Shown in pieces: positions 24,201 through 34,614 of a stretch of DNA of 64,000 nt. The stretch's first letter is position 1. Every line of letters begins with the position of its first letter. Under the pieces are notes generated by a model, which was not told where the DNA came from, did not search any database, and saw only the letters and a program-made list of their open reading frames with translations. Source of the DNA: Plasmodiophora brassicae (Eukaryota); the NCBI GenBank assembly GCA_036867785.1, contig CP145417.1, forward strand, positions 1,116,001 through 1,180,000. The letters are read 5' to 3'. The translations under genes were made by a program, and so were the position numbers.

Positions 24201-25669
24201 GCCGCAACCAAGCTTCCGACCCGTTTGTGTGCCGCACCCGTCAGCGACTTCATCGTCCGAGCGGCCGCCACTTTAGCGTCCGAGACGACGTTCTATACCG
24301 TGGACATTCTGTGGTCGTCTCTGGCGATGACTGCAAACTGGACATTCTTCGCTCTTTCCACGATAATGTCACGGCGGGCCACCTCGGTATTCGGAAAACC
24401 GTGCAGTTAATTCGCCGCGAATTTTGGTGGCCGGGTTTGACCCCTTTCGTAGCCCGTTACGTGCTCTCCTGCGATACGTGTCGTCGGACTAAGACGGCTC
24501 GGCACAAGCCCTTCGGATTACTCATGCCACTCCCTCTGCCGACGACTCTTTGGCGGTCCATTTCCATGGACTTCGTGGTTAAGCTTCCCTGTTCGAACGG
24601 GTATGACTCCATCCTCGTCGTCGTTGACCGCCTCTCCAAGATGGCGCATTTTATTCCTTGCAACGAAACAATATCATCTGTTGACCTTGCTGCCTTGTTT
24701 CTGGCAAATATCTTCCGCTTACATGGCCTCCCTGACGATATCGTGTCGGACCGAGGGCCTCAGTTCATCGCTAAGTTCTGGAAGCAACTTCTCATACGTC
24801 TCGGCGTGCAACGCAACCTGTCTTCTTCGCGGCACCCAGAATCCGATGGCCAAACCGAGCGGGTGAACCAAGTCATGGAACAGTATCTCCGTGCGTACGT
24901 CAACTACTTACAAGACGACTGGCAGCCGCTCCTTGCCGTAGCTGAATTTTCGTACAACAATGCAGACCATACCGCGACAGGTATGTCACCGTTTTTCGCG
25001 AACTATGGCTACCACCCACGTGTGATGGACGTGCAACCTCGACCGTCTACCAGCGCCAATCCGACTGCCGACGAGCGCGCTGAGTCCTTGCAGAGGATTC
25101 GCAACTTCTTGACCCGTCAACTGACTCGAGCTTCTGCCGATTCCAAACGATTCGCCGACGCGAAGCGGCAAACGTCTCCGAAGTTTCAGGTGGGCGACTT
25201 AGTGATGCTACGTCGCGGCTCCCTGAAAACTCTGCGACCCTGCGCGAAGCTCGACTACCAATTTTTAGGGCCATTCCCTATCAGCCAACTCGTCAATCCG
25301 GTTGCTTTTCAACTCGACCTTCCTGCCGAGTTCCGTATCCACAATGTATTTCATGTATCTCAACTCGAGCCTTACGTCGCCAACCTTATCCCTGGTCGCA
25401 CTCAACCTCCTCCTCCACCGATTCTTCTCGCGGATGACGATGCTCCCCTCTTCATCGTTCACGATGTCCTCGATTCTCGATATCGCCGTTCCCGATTGGA
25501 ATATTTGATCGACTGGGAAGGGTACCCGCCTTCTGAACGCACGTGGGAACCCGCAGGAGAACTACACGGTACAGGTGGGCTCAACGAATTGTTGGTTAAC
25601 TTCCACGCTCGGTACCCAACCAAGCCGGGGCCGAAGTGGCGAAAGCCACCCCGCCGGCCGGCCCGATGA
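21266..25669 (+). CDS. pol: Pol (protease, RT, RNase H, integrase, chromodomain), probably expressed by -1 frameshift
   Basis: [29 protein letters not shown] zinc finger, [24 protein letters not shown]...WEP; open frame. Confidence 0.96.
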
Positions 25670-26402
25670 CAGGGGACTATACTGTTATGGCACGGCCGCG
25701 ACGGGGGTCGCGCAGCCGCGCAGTTTGAATAAACGTCCACGGCAACCGACGGCTTCGGCAGTCGGTTAATTCCGTGTTGTGGAGACAATAGTCGTCCGTC
25801 GTGTCGTCTCCTGACATGTTTGTGCAAGTATCCTGGCCCTTGCGTCTGCGTTGGGGCACGAAAGGCATCCCTCAGTTTGCGCAATTGCTGTTCCATGATT
25901 GATCCCGCAGGACACCACTTCCAACCGCTCGGATGACGCATTCGCCTGGATAACCTGCTCAGGTTCCACGTACCGCGAAATATTATCCACCTTGGCAAAC
26001 AGTTTCCCAGCAAGCACTGCAAGACCTCCCTTTGCGAGTGAAGTTGAATGCGGTTCCGAACTAGCGCCAGACTCACCAGCACCAGAGATCGCTGGCCCAG
26101 AACCAACGGAAGGCGCCGGGTCGTCTACCACAGAACTCAGCAGGACGAGAATGATCTGCAGGATCCGCAGATGGAATAGCCACGGCCGGTACCCTGACAA
26201 CATCCGGCGGGCTATCGGCGGGCGGCGCAACGTCAACCGAAGCCGAAGAGCTGGACTCAGCTGAGCGTCGCGCTGCCTGGCTCGTTGACGCTCCAACACG
26301 ACCGCATTGGTCGGGCGACCGCTGCCTGGGCGCTTGCCGCCCCGGGCGCCCATGCCGCCGCTCTTCTTGCGATTGCGTGCGGATCCCCCCATGGGATAAC
26401 GT

Positions 26403-26598
26403 TGTCGAGGACAATGTCGTACCACCGACACACGGTGACTCTGTAACTGTGCGCGACTGCGTAACGTCCACGGCAGAGGCTCCGCCACTGACGCCGTTGT
26501 CGGTAACGGCTTGGCAAGCCCCTGGTACGTAGCGTTACGTCGCCGCCGTCTCGCGCCGATGTCGGTCGGAATAAATCACTTCGTTATTGTCTTCCTCA
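26403..26598 (+). repeat. Copia family-2 solo LTR
   Basis: TG...CA with 5-bp TSD AACGT. Confidence 0.88.
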
Positions 26599-26619
26599 AA
26601 CGTTACCTATATCCCAAGG

Positions 26620-26730
26620 CGCTCAGTTTCCACAACGCACTTTTTACGAACGCACTGGGCGCAATCTACGAAGGCACTGGACGCACCTTTTACGAAGGCA
26701 CTGACGCACTTCACGAAGCCACTGGGACCT
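26620..26730. repeat. Short TACGAAGGCACTG/ACGCAC repeat cluster, probably subterminal repeats of the DUF6729-like element
   Basis: About four degenerate ACGAAxGCACTG units upstream of the minus-strand ORF. Confidence 0.5.
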
Positions 26731-26745
26731 ATCACCCCGGTAAAT

Positions 26746-26940
26746 TGTCAAGGACCATGTCGTACCACCGGCACACGGTGACGCCGTGACTGTGCGCGAC
26801 TGCGTAATGTCCACGGCAGAGGCTCCGCCACTGACGCCGTTGTCGGTAACGGCTTGGCAAGCCCCTGTTACACAGCGTTACGTCGCCGCCGTCTCGCGCC
26901 GATGTCGGTCGGAGTAAATCACTTCGTTATCGTCTTCACA
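26746..26940 (+). repeat. Copia family-2 solo LTR
   Basis: TG...CA with 5-bp TSD TAAAT. Confidence 0.85.
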
Positions 26941-26954
26941 TAAATCACGGACCT

Positions 26955-28298
26955 CCAGACGGATCAACGATCAAGTCTACGAGCTGGAGGACATTCTCAC
27001 CTCGCGTCGGTTTGAAGCGCACACGCAACGCATCCGACGATACGCCGACGAAGACCTGAACGTCACTGTCGAGCTGAAGCAACAATTGCAGCAAGCGTAC
27101 TAGAAGCTATTGGTGGATGATCTCCTCGATTGTCGTCTGGATCGTGACATGCATGAGCTCCAGATCCAGGTGGCCTGGTCCGGCTTCGAATTATCGGAAG
27201 CGATATGGGAACAAGCAGCTCGCATCGCTGAAGACGTTCCCCAGTTGCTACCGGAGTTGATTCGCAAACTTGGCGACGATCATCAGCATGCTGAGGCGTT
27301 ATCACAATTGGTACCGCCGACGCCGAAACGGACGCGCACCAAAGGTATCGGTTCCAGACGGAAACAGCGACGCAGCAACTAGGTATGATGGCAAAGAACG
27401 CCATTAATGCATGATTTTGCGTTGCATAGGTGACTTCAGTATAAGTCGCTCTTCCTACCGTCGGTACATTACGTGGACGGCGCGACCGTATTGCTTCGAT
27501 TGTGAACAATACGCCGATGATCATGATCATGGTTATCAAATATTGGAAACCGCTTAATGGCGCTCCTATCGTGGGCTAGTATGACATTCTCGCTCATATC
27601 TGAGCTGTATCTATCCATGGCGCTCCTATCGTGGGCTAGTATGCCATTGGTGCTCTATTGAGCTATTGCCTTCTGGCACATTACATCACGAGGCATTCGG
27701 CAGCATCTTCGAAGTTCCTCTTCACCGCGGGATTGACTCTGATTTGGACATCGTCCTTTTATTGAGGCTCCTGTAGCGCTGGGGGTCTGCACATGTGTGC
27801 CGGTCGTTGAGTGGTGTGAATGATACTTCGGAGATGTATATGGTCAAGGGCTTCTCCCATGTGGGTTGAGCGCCCCATTGCCGATGTCCTCGTCAGGTAT
27901 GTTCCGCAATTGGAATGTTTATCTGATCTTCTAACATAGATAATCCGGTGGACGACATTCATGCTGGGGGTGTCCGCAAATGGATTTTCCACCGATTTCT
28001 CCCACATTGGGTTACAAGGTGGTTTTTAGTGAGTAGTGGGCGCTCATTTGCACCCGAGTCTCACACTACCCTTCTGCATGATCAACATCTGGACATCATG
28101 AATCATCACTCATCCGTCATCCCGTCTCATGCTGATTCCGGTCATGAGTTCGGAGAAAGGCGTGTAGAAATGGGCCGGCTATTTATGGCTCATTCCCTAC
28201 ATCAGCCTGACTCTGGTGACGTCACTGCATGACATCACCAGCTATTCCCCCACTGGCACCTCTGTTGACACTGTCACGGCTACTAGCATGATGCCACA
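26955..28298 (+). mobile_element. Gypsy 3' remnant: integrase tail and chromodomain, long 3' UTR, PPT, LTR from 28163
   Basis: RINDQVYELED...VAWSGFELSEAIWE; GGAGAAAGGCG then TGTAGA; LTR right end uncertain. Confidence 0.75.
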
Positions 28299-28627
28299 CA
28301 GGCCCAGTATGGCCTGTGATCCAGCGAGTTCTATTAAAGGAGTTCACTATTCTGGGAAAAGACCTCAGCGGAAAGCGACCGGGAATAGATGAACTGATAG
28401 AAGACCATTGAGGCGACCGTTACTATCCCTAATATCCCTCTCATGACGACACGCCGCGCGAAGTGCCGTCGTCGCAATCGATCCGGTTTCGGTCCGAAGC
28501 GCAATTGTGGTTCATTGCGCAGAAGCATCGTTGCAATGGCGGAGCCGTATAAATGAACCCGAGGCTTAACGGGACAGTGGCCAGGGTATAAATCGTGGCG
28601 TTAAGTCCACTGGTGATGGCCACCTTC

Positions 28628-28831
28628 TGTCGAACTCCATATCGAGCAGCACACTCGTGCAGCACACCGACGCTGCCACGCACTCCGCAAGTCTGGTGTC
28701 AGCGCCGCCCGCGATGATGTAACGTGCACCACGTCTCACGTCTACGACGTTGCCCGTCACACCCAATATCTTCGCTCTATATCCATCAATATATCTCACT
28801 CTGATTTCGTCGTTTCAGATTAACAGTCGTA
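28628..28831 (+). mobile_element. Copia family-1 5' LTR (28628-28817) plus PBS, truncated
   Basis: LTR matches 16342-16531; followed directly by GATTAACAGTCGTA. Confidence 0.85.
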
Positions 28832-31356
28832 ACCGCGCTCTGGGCGTCTCGCTCGCGCAGAGCGGAGACGTCAGGTAGGGCGCGACGAGCAGCCTCGAAT
28901 GAGGTGCGACGCCCGGGGACCACTGATCTGGGGTGTATGTTGTACATGATTGCCGAGTACGTCAATGACCAGGGCCACGTGACGTCGGGCATGCGGGCGT
29001 GACATCGAATTGATAATTCGATACAGCAGAGCGTGTAATTGACGCGTTCAGCGCGGCCGTTCTGCTCGGGCGTGTAAATGACAGATTTACGGTGCAGGAT
29101 ACCGGACTCGTTGTAGAACAGAACGCAGGCCTTGGAGTTGAACTCGCCGCCGCCGTCGGTCTGGAACGTCCCGATACCACGCCCTTCCTGGTTGCGAAGA
29201 CGCGCGTCGTAGTGCTTGATGACGTCGAGGGCATCCGATTTGCGGCGTAGCAGATAGACGGACAGGTACCGTGAAGAATCGTCCAGCATGGTCTGGTAGT
29301 ACTCAAAGCCGTCGATGCCGATGACGGGCCACCGACCGGACAGGTCACTGTGCACGAGGTCGCCAACATGCGCTCCGAGGAAATGTGGACCTCTTGCCTT
29401 TAGCGAGTAGGCAGGCAACGCATGGGCATCGATCTTGAAGCTTCGGAATGGGCCCGTCGAACTTCTTGCCACGACAACGTTTGTCCAGGATGCACAGGTT
29501 GCCTTTGCCCAGGTGGCCGGTGCGTGCATGCCAGACTGCTGGAGACGCAGCGGTGACCTTAGCGACGCGGCAGGAGACGTTGGATGCGATCAAGGAGCAG
29601 GCTCGAGCGGTGTGGAGCGCGTCGGGCACTGAGGATGGAGGTGATAGGACGATCCGGTACAGGTTATCGTGTCCACGGTGGCTGACGGCTACTGGCTGAC
29701 CGGTAGGTGGTGTCCAGGTGGCTTACGTGTAGATCTTCGCGGTATCGCCGTCGAACACGATCTTGTGACCTGAGCGGGTGAGTTCGCCGACTGATACGAG
29801 TGCTTGGCCAAGTCGAGGAGCGTGCAGCGAGTCGTTACTTGTCGCCTGGGAACCGAATGACGTCACTCCTCGACCGGAAGTGGTCGTGCGCGACAGATCG
29901 GCGAGTTCGACTTCCGGTCCAGTGCCTCGGCGATAGCAGCTGAGATGACGGCGCAGGGGTGTCATCGTGGTGGAGCACGCGGAGTCCAGCAGGCCTACTG
30001 AGCTTGGTTCGGTGTCGAGGGGATGCCGTGCCGACAGTGCATGCATCGGCTCGGGTGCCTGATCTGTCGGGAGTGCACCGGACGAGGGATACTCGTCGGA
30101 CGTTGGGGACGATGTATTGGTGTTGTTGTTGTCGCGACGCCAGATGCTGCGTTGCAGGTTGCACTCGCCGTTGGTGTGCTTCGACCCTGGATGGAAGACG
30201 CACGCCTCGTTGCGTCGCGGTCCACGAGCACGCGGGGTCGTACTGCAACTGGAGCGGTTGGCCGTCTCGAATGATTCCTGCCGGTCACGAACATCGCGAA
30301 TGCGAATCTCTTCGCTTGTCAGTGACGCAACGACCTCGGAAACACTGGGCAGCGTGTCCAGTGCACGGTTGTGCAGGCCGGCGACGACCGCGTCCAGGTC
30401 GGATGACGCATTGGCCAGACTGAGGACGGCAACCAGAGCGTCAGTAAGGGACAGCATTTCGGTCGGTACCGTTGCCCGGACCCGGTGAACTGCGGCTTGA
30501 ACTCGGGCGGCGTATGTGGCGACAGACCCACCGGGTGTGTGCTGGATCGTGACGAAGTCGCGGACGGCGCGCACGACCGATGCCAGCGACGACGGGCTGT
30601 ACGCCTGGAACAAGACGCGCCAGCACTTGGCAGCCGAGCCTGCTTGGAACAGGGACAACGCAGAAGCGATCTTGTGATCCAGCATGTGGACGAGTAGAAT
30701 CTCGCGCGCTGCCGCTTCCAGAGCTGGGTCATGCGTCGTATCGGTTTTCGTGGTCGGCGAGCCGTCTTCATTGATCCCGATGACGCTTGCGTATCCACGG
30801 TTGCGGAGCCAGAGGGCAGCGGTCTGAATCCAGGACGTGAACGAGTCGGGCGTCCCGTCAAACTTGGACATCGGCCGCCGACCTGCGTCGCCTCGGGCGT
30901 GCGCCTCGGTGACGGACGGCACGGATGTGATCGGTGGACAGCTGGTCGGACGCGCCAGCTGTTGCTGCGGGACGCGAAGACGTTCGATCTTCTCCTGCCT
31001 TGCGATGATTGCCTCCGCTTCGGCAATTTGGATGTCGATCTCGTTGAGCGTCAGATGACTCAGCGGGTCGTCATCCGCGTCTGGCGTCGCCCGGCGCTCG
31101 GCCATGGCGAGTAGGGGCTCGGCGCCTGCGCCTATACGACTGTTAATCTAAGAAAGCGAATAGCGAAGTGATGTATTGAGGTAGATACGGAGCGAAGATA
31201 TTGGACGACAGTGAACGTGATAGACGGCGCCACAGTGGCGACGGCGCAGTGCAGGTTACACCTGTGACGGCGCTGCCACAGGACTTGCGGAGTGCGTGGC
31301 GGCGGCAGTGGGCTGCACGAGTGTGCTGCTGGTCGTACTGGACATGGAGTTCGACA
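28832..31356 (-). mobile_element. 5' half of a Copia element: LTR 31149-31356, PBS, gag-protease (29723-31105), integrase remnant
   Basis: CVFHPGSKHTNGEC, LLDSACSTTM, WHARTGH...CVAC, VHSDLSG, TDGGGEF, TPEQNGRAER; integrase follows protease (Copia order); stop and frameshift present. Confidence 0.92.
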
Positions 31357-32525
31357 AGGGCGACGCCAGGGCAATTGTGCGAGAAGCCCAAGACTGGGCC
31401 AAGCACTTCGTCGCGATCGGACGCGCCCGCAACGCATCGATCAAACGTCCTCGAAAGACGTGCTCTGAATTGCGCCTCGCCGATAAGCAGCGCACGTTGA
31501 CTCCTGCCGCGACGACTTCCGTTGGACGCCGCGTACCATCCCATCGCTCTGTGCCTGTCAACCGGCCATCGGGCCCACAACCGGCAACCGCGACCGCTCC
31601 CAAGCGCAACCGCGAGACGACAACGAGCGATAGCAGCCAGACGACGGCGAAATGCTGGCACTGCTCTATGATCGGCATCAGTCCACGTCAGCGACTAGAG
31701 GACATGATCGCATCCGGCACCACCGAGTTTGTTGCCAGGATATCTGGATGCGCCATGTTCGATGTGGAATCGTTCGACGCCGTCAATCAAATTGTTGCAA
31801 GTATGGCGACGCTGAGCGGCGACACGTATCAGGCGCCACATGTACACGATGCAGCGGAACCACCTCCAGCAATGTCGACTTAGGGCCGATCAACGTCCAG
31901 GAGATTGAGGCATCTCTCAACCGCCTGATACATCAAGTGCGCCTCAACGGCATGTCACGTCAAGGGGTTGCATACGACTCATCCTTCGACGACACGTCAA
32001 CGAATTCCGCACACAGCTTGGTCAAGACGGTCCCGTCAAGATCGAACCCATGATCACCAGGCTTCAACCAGATGCCACGCCGTACCGATGCAGACCGCGC
32101 TCCTACAACCCGAAGCAAAAGGAGTTCCTCGATGAGATGATCAGGATGCTATTGGAGAACAATCTGATCTACCTCAATATGAACTCCAGATGGGCAAGTC
32201 CCGTTCTCGTGGTCAAGAAACCGCACGGCAGGGGGTACCGCCTATGCGTCGATCTGCGTCAGGTGAACTCGCGTACGGTCCCAACCGCGTGGCCTATGCC
32301 AAACATCGAAGCGGCAAGTCGAAAGCTGGCCGACATGACCTGCTTTTTCACCATCGACGCACACAAGGGGTTCTGGCTAATGCCTATCGCGAAGGAGTGC
32401 CAGGAGATCTTCTCGTTTATGACCGACAATGGCGTGTACACACCTACCAGGAGCATTCAGGGCGCAACCAACTCTGCTTTGCAATTCCAGGCGCGGATCG
32501 CCAAGATCTTCGACGACATGAAGGA

Positions 32526-34614
32526 TGTCGAGGACCATGTCCTACCACCGGCACACGATGACGCTGTGACTGTGCGCGGCTGTGTCACGTCCACAAAAGA
32601 GGCTCCGCCACCGTCGCCGTTGCCGGTAACGGCTTTGGCAAGCCCTGTTACACTGCGTTACGTCGCCATCGTCTCGCGCCGATGTTAGTGGAATAAATCA
32701 CTTCGTTATCGTCTTCATCAGATTAACAGTCGTATAGGCGCAGGCGCTGAGCCTCTACTCGCCATGGCCGAGCGCCAGGCGACGCCTAACACGGATGACG
32801 ACCCGCTGCGTCATCTGTCGCTCGAGGAGATCGACACCCGAATTGCCGAAGCGGAGGCAACGATCGCCAGGCAGGAGAAGATCGACCGTCTCCGTGTCCT
32901 GCAGCAGCAGCTGGCGCGTCCGACCAGCTGTCCATCGACCCCGGCCATGCCGATCATCGCCGAGGCGCACAGCCGAAGCGACGCAGGCCGACTGCCCATG
33001 CCCAAGTTCGACGGTACTCCCGACTCGTTCACGTCCTGGGTTCAGACAGCTGCACTCTGGTTTCGCAATCGTGGGTACGCGGACGTCATCGGGATCAACG
33101 AAGATGGCTCGCCGACTGCGACAACCGGTACGGCACACGACCCAGCTCTCGAGGCAGCCGCGCGCGAGATTCTACTCGTCCACATGCTGGACCACAAGAT
33201 CGCGTCCGCATTGTCTTTGTTTCAGGCAGGCTCGGCTGCCAAGTGCTGGCGCGTGCTGTTCCAGGCGTACAGCCCGTCGTCGCTGGCATCGGTCGTGCGC
33301 GCCGTCCGCGACCTCGTCACGGTCCAGCACATGCCCGGCGAGTCGGTCGCCACGTACGCCGCCCGAGTTCAAGCAGCGGCTCATCGCGTCCGGTCGACGG
33401 TACCGACCGAGATGCTGTCCCTCACCGACGCATTGGTCGCCGTCCTCATCTTGGCCAACGCATCATCCGATCTCGACGCCGTCGTCGCTGGCCTGCACAA
33501 TCGTGCTCTGGACACGCTGCCCAGTGTCTCCGAGGTCGTCGGGTCGTTGACAAGCGAGGAGATCAGGGTCCAAGACGTGCGGGACCGACACGACGCGTTC
33601 CAAACGGCCAACCGCTCCAGTTGCGCCACATCGACGCGTCCCCGTGGACCACGACGCAACGAGTCCTGCGTCTTCCATCCCGGATCCAAGCACACTAACG
33701 GCGAATGCACGCTGCAACGACACATCTGGTACCGCGACAGCAACGCGAAAAGCAATACATCCTCACCAACGTCCAACGAGTATCCAACGTCTGGCGCTCA
33801 TCCGATCGATCCGGCGCCCGAGCCGATGCGTGCTTTGTCGGCACGCCACGCCATCGACGTGATTAACAGTCGTACGCGTTCTACGCGCTTCGAGGCGGCG
33901 AGCCCGCCGGCGCCCCGCGCGCCGGTGCCATCCAGTGCCAGTCCCGCGTCACTGTGTCTCTGCCCTGACCCTGCTTCTGCACAACGCGCCACGAACGCCC
34001 ACTCCAGACCGCGCCACGCGCAAGAGAGTCCAGGCAGATCGCGCTAGCAGGGCAGGTCGTCCTACGGGAATCCAGAACCATTACCGGAACGTAAGCGCCA
34101 GGCGTACGCCGGTCGTACGGGCCTCAATCGCTTGCCTCAACCTCTTCTCGATATAACGTTGTCCGCCGGCGCCTTCGGCGTCGGTGTCGTCCCGAGCCAG
34201 GTCCTCCTCTCTGTGTCGTCATTGACGACTTTGCCCCAGCATATCGCGCCACACCTGTCAGCTCTAGCTACGCCACGATCCGTCTCGTGTCGCGTCAACA
34301 AGCCAAGACATACGAGCACGAGCAAGGTCGTGTTGTACATGATCCAGAGTCGAAGGTCCAGCCGGGACACGTCCGTTCGACCGCCTTCCGCATGCAACCG
34401 CGTGCCGTTGGAGGGGGCGTGTCGAGGACCATGTCCTACCACCGGCACACGATGACGCTGTGACTGTGCGCGGCTGTGTCACGTCCACAAAAGAGGCTCC
34501 GCCACCGTCGCCGTTGCCGGTAACGGCTTTGGCAAGCCCTGTTACACTGCGTTACGTCGCCATCGTCTCGCGCCGATGTTAGTGGAATAAATCACTTCGT
34601 TATCGTCTTCATCA
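32526..34614 (+). mobile_element. Non-autonomous gag-only Copia family-2 element
   Basis: 195-bp LTRs 32526-32720 and 34420-34614 look identical; TSD AAGGA; PBS 32721-32734; PPT GGAGGGGGCG; no pol. Confidence 0.95.
32764..34047 (+). CDS. gag: Copia Gag with an unrelated read-through tail, 427 aa
   Basis: Highly similar to 29723-31105 up to ~33860; diverges just before the protease DS motif. Confidence 0.85.
   Translation: MAERQATPNTDDDPLRHLSLEEIDTRIAEAEATIARQEKIDRLRVLQQQLARPTSCPSTPAMPIIAEAHSRSDAGRLPMPKFDGTPDSFTSWVQTAALWFRNRGYADVIGINEDGSPTATTGTAHDPALEAAAREILLVHMLDHKIASALSLFQAGSAAKCWRVLFQAYSPSSLASVVRAVRDLVTVQHMPGESVATYAARVQAAAHRVRSTVPTEMLSLTDALVAVLILANASSDLDAVVAGLHNRALDTLPSVSEVVGSLTSEEIRVQDVRDRHDAFQTANRSSCATSTRPRGPRRNESCVFHPGSKHTNGECTLQRHIWYRDSNAKSNTSSPTSNEYPTSGAHPIDPAPEPMRALSARHAIDVINSRTRSTRFEAASPPAPRAPVPSSASPASLCLCPDPASAQRATNAHSRPRHAQESPGRSR

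Larger units (their letters stand above)
19791..25816 (+). mobile_element. Full-length young chromovirus (Tf1/sushi-like Ty3/Gypsy)
   Basis: 134-bp LTRs 19791-19924 and 25683-25816 look identical by eye; 5-bp TSD TGTTT; PPT AGGGGACTATAC; intact gag and pol. Confidence 0.97.
18984..26402 (-). pseudogene. Decayed putative DNA transposase (DUF6729/KDZ-like), split by the Gypsy at 19791-25816
   Basis: Frame rejoins across the TSD as GPGYLHKQSVQLFRPEDPY...FDP...CHSC; later SSDHTMK, VTNEDGMI, WNTD; family assignment from motif recall only. Confidence 0.5.

Noticed and set aside
28300-28627. Possible gene fragment
   Set aside because: Too short and degenerate to assign
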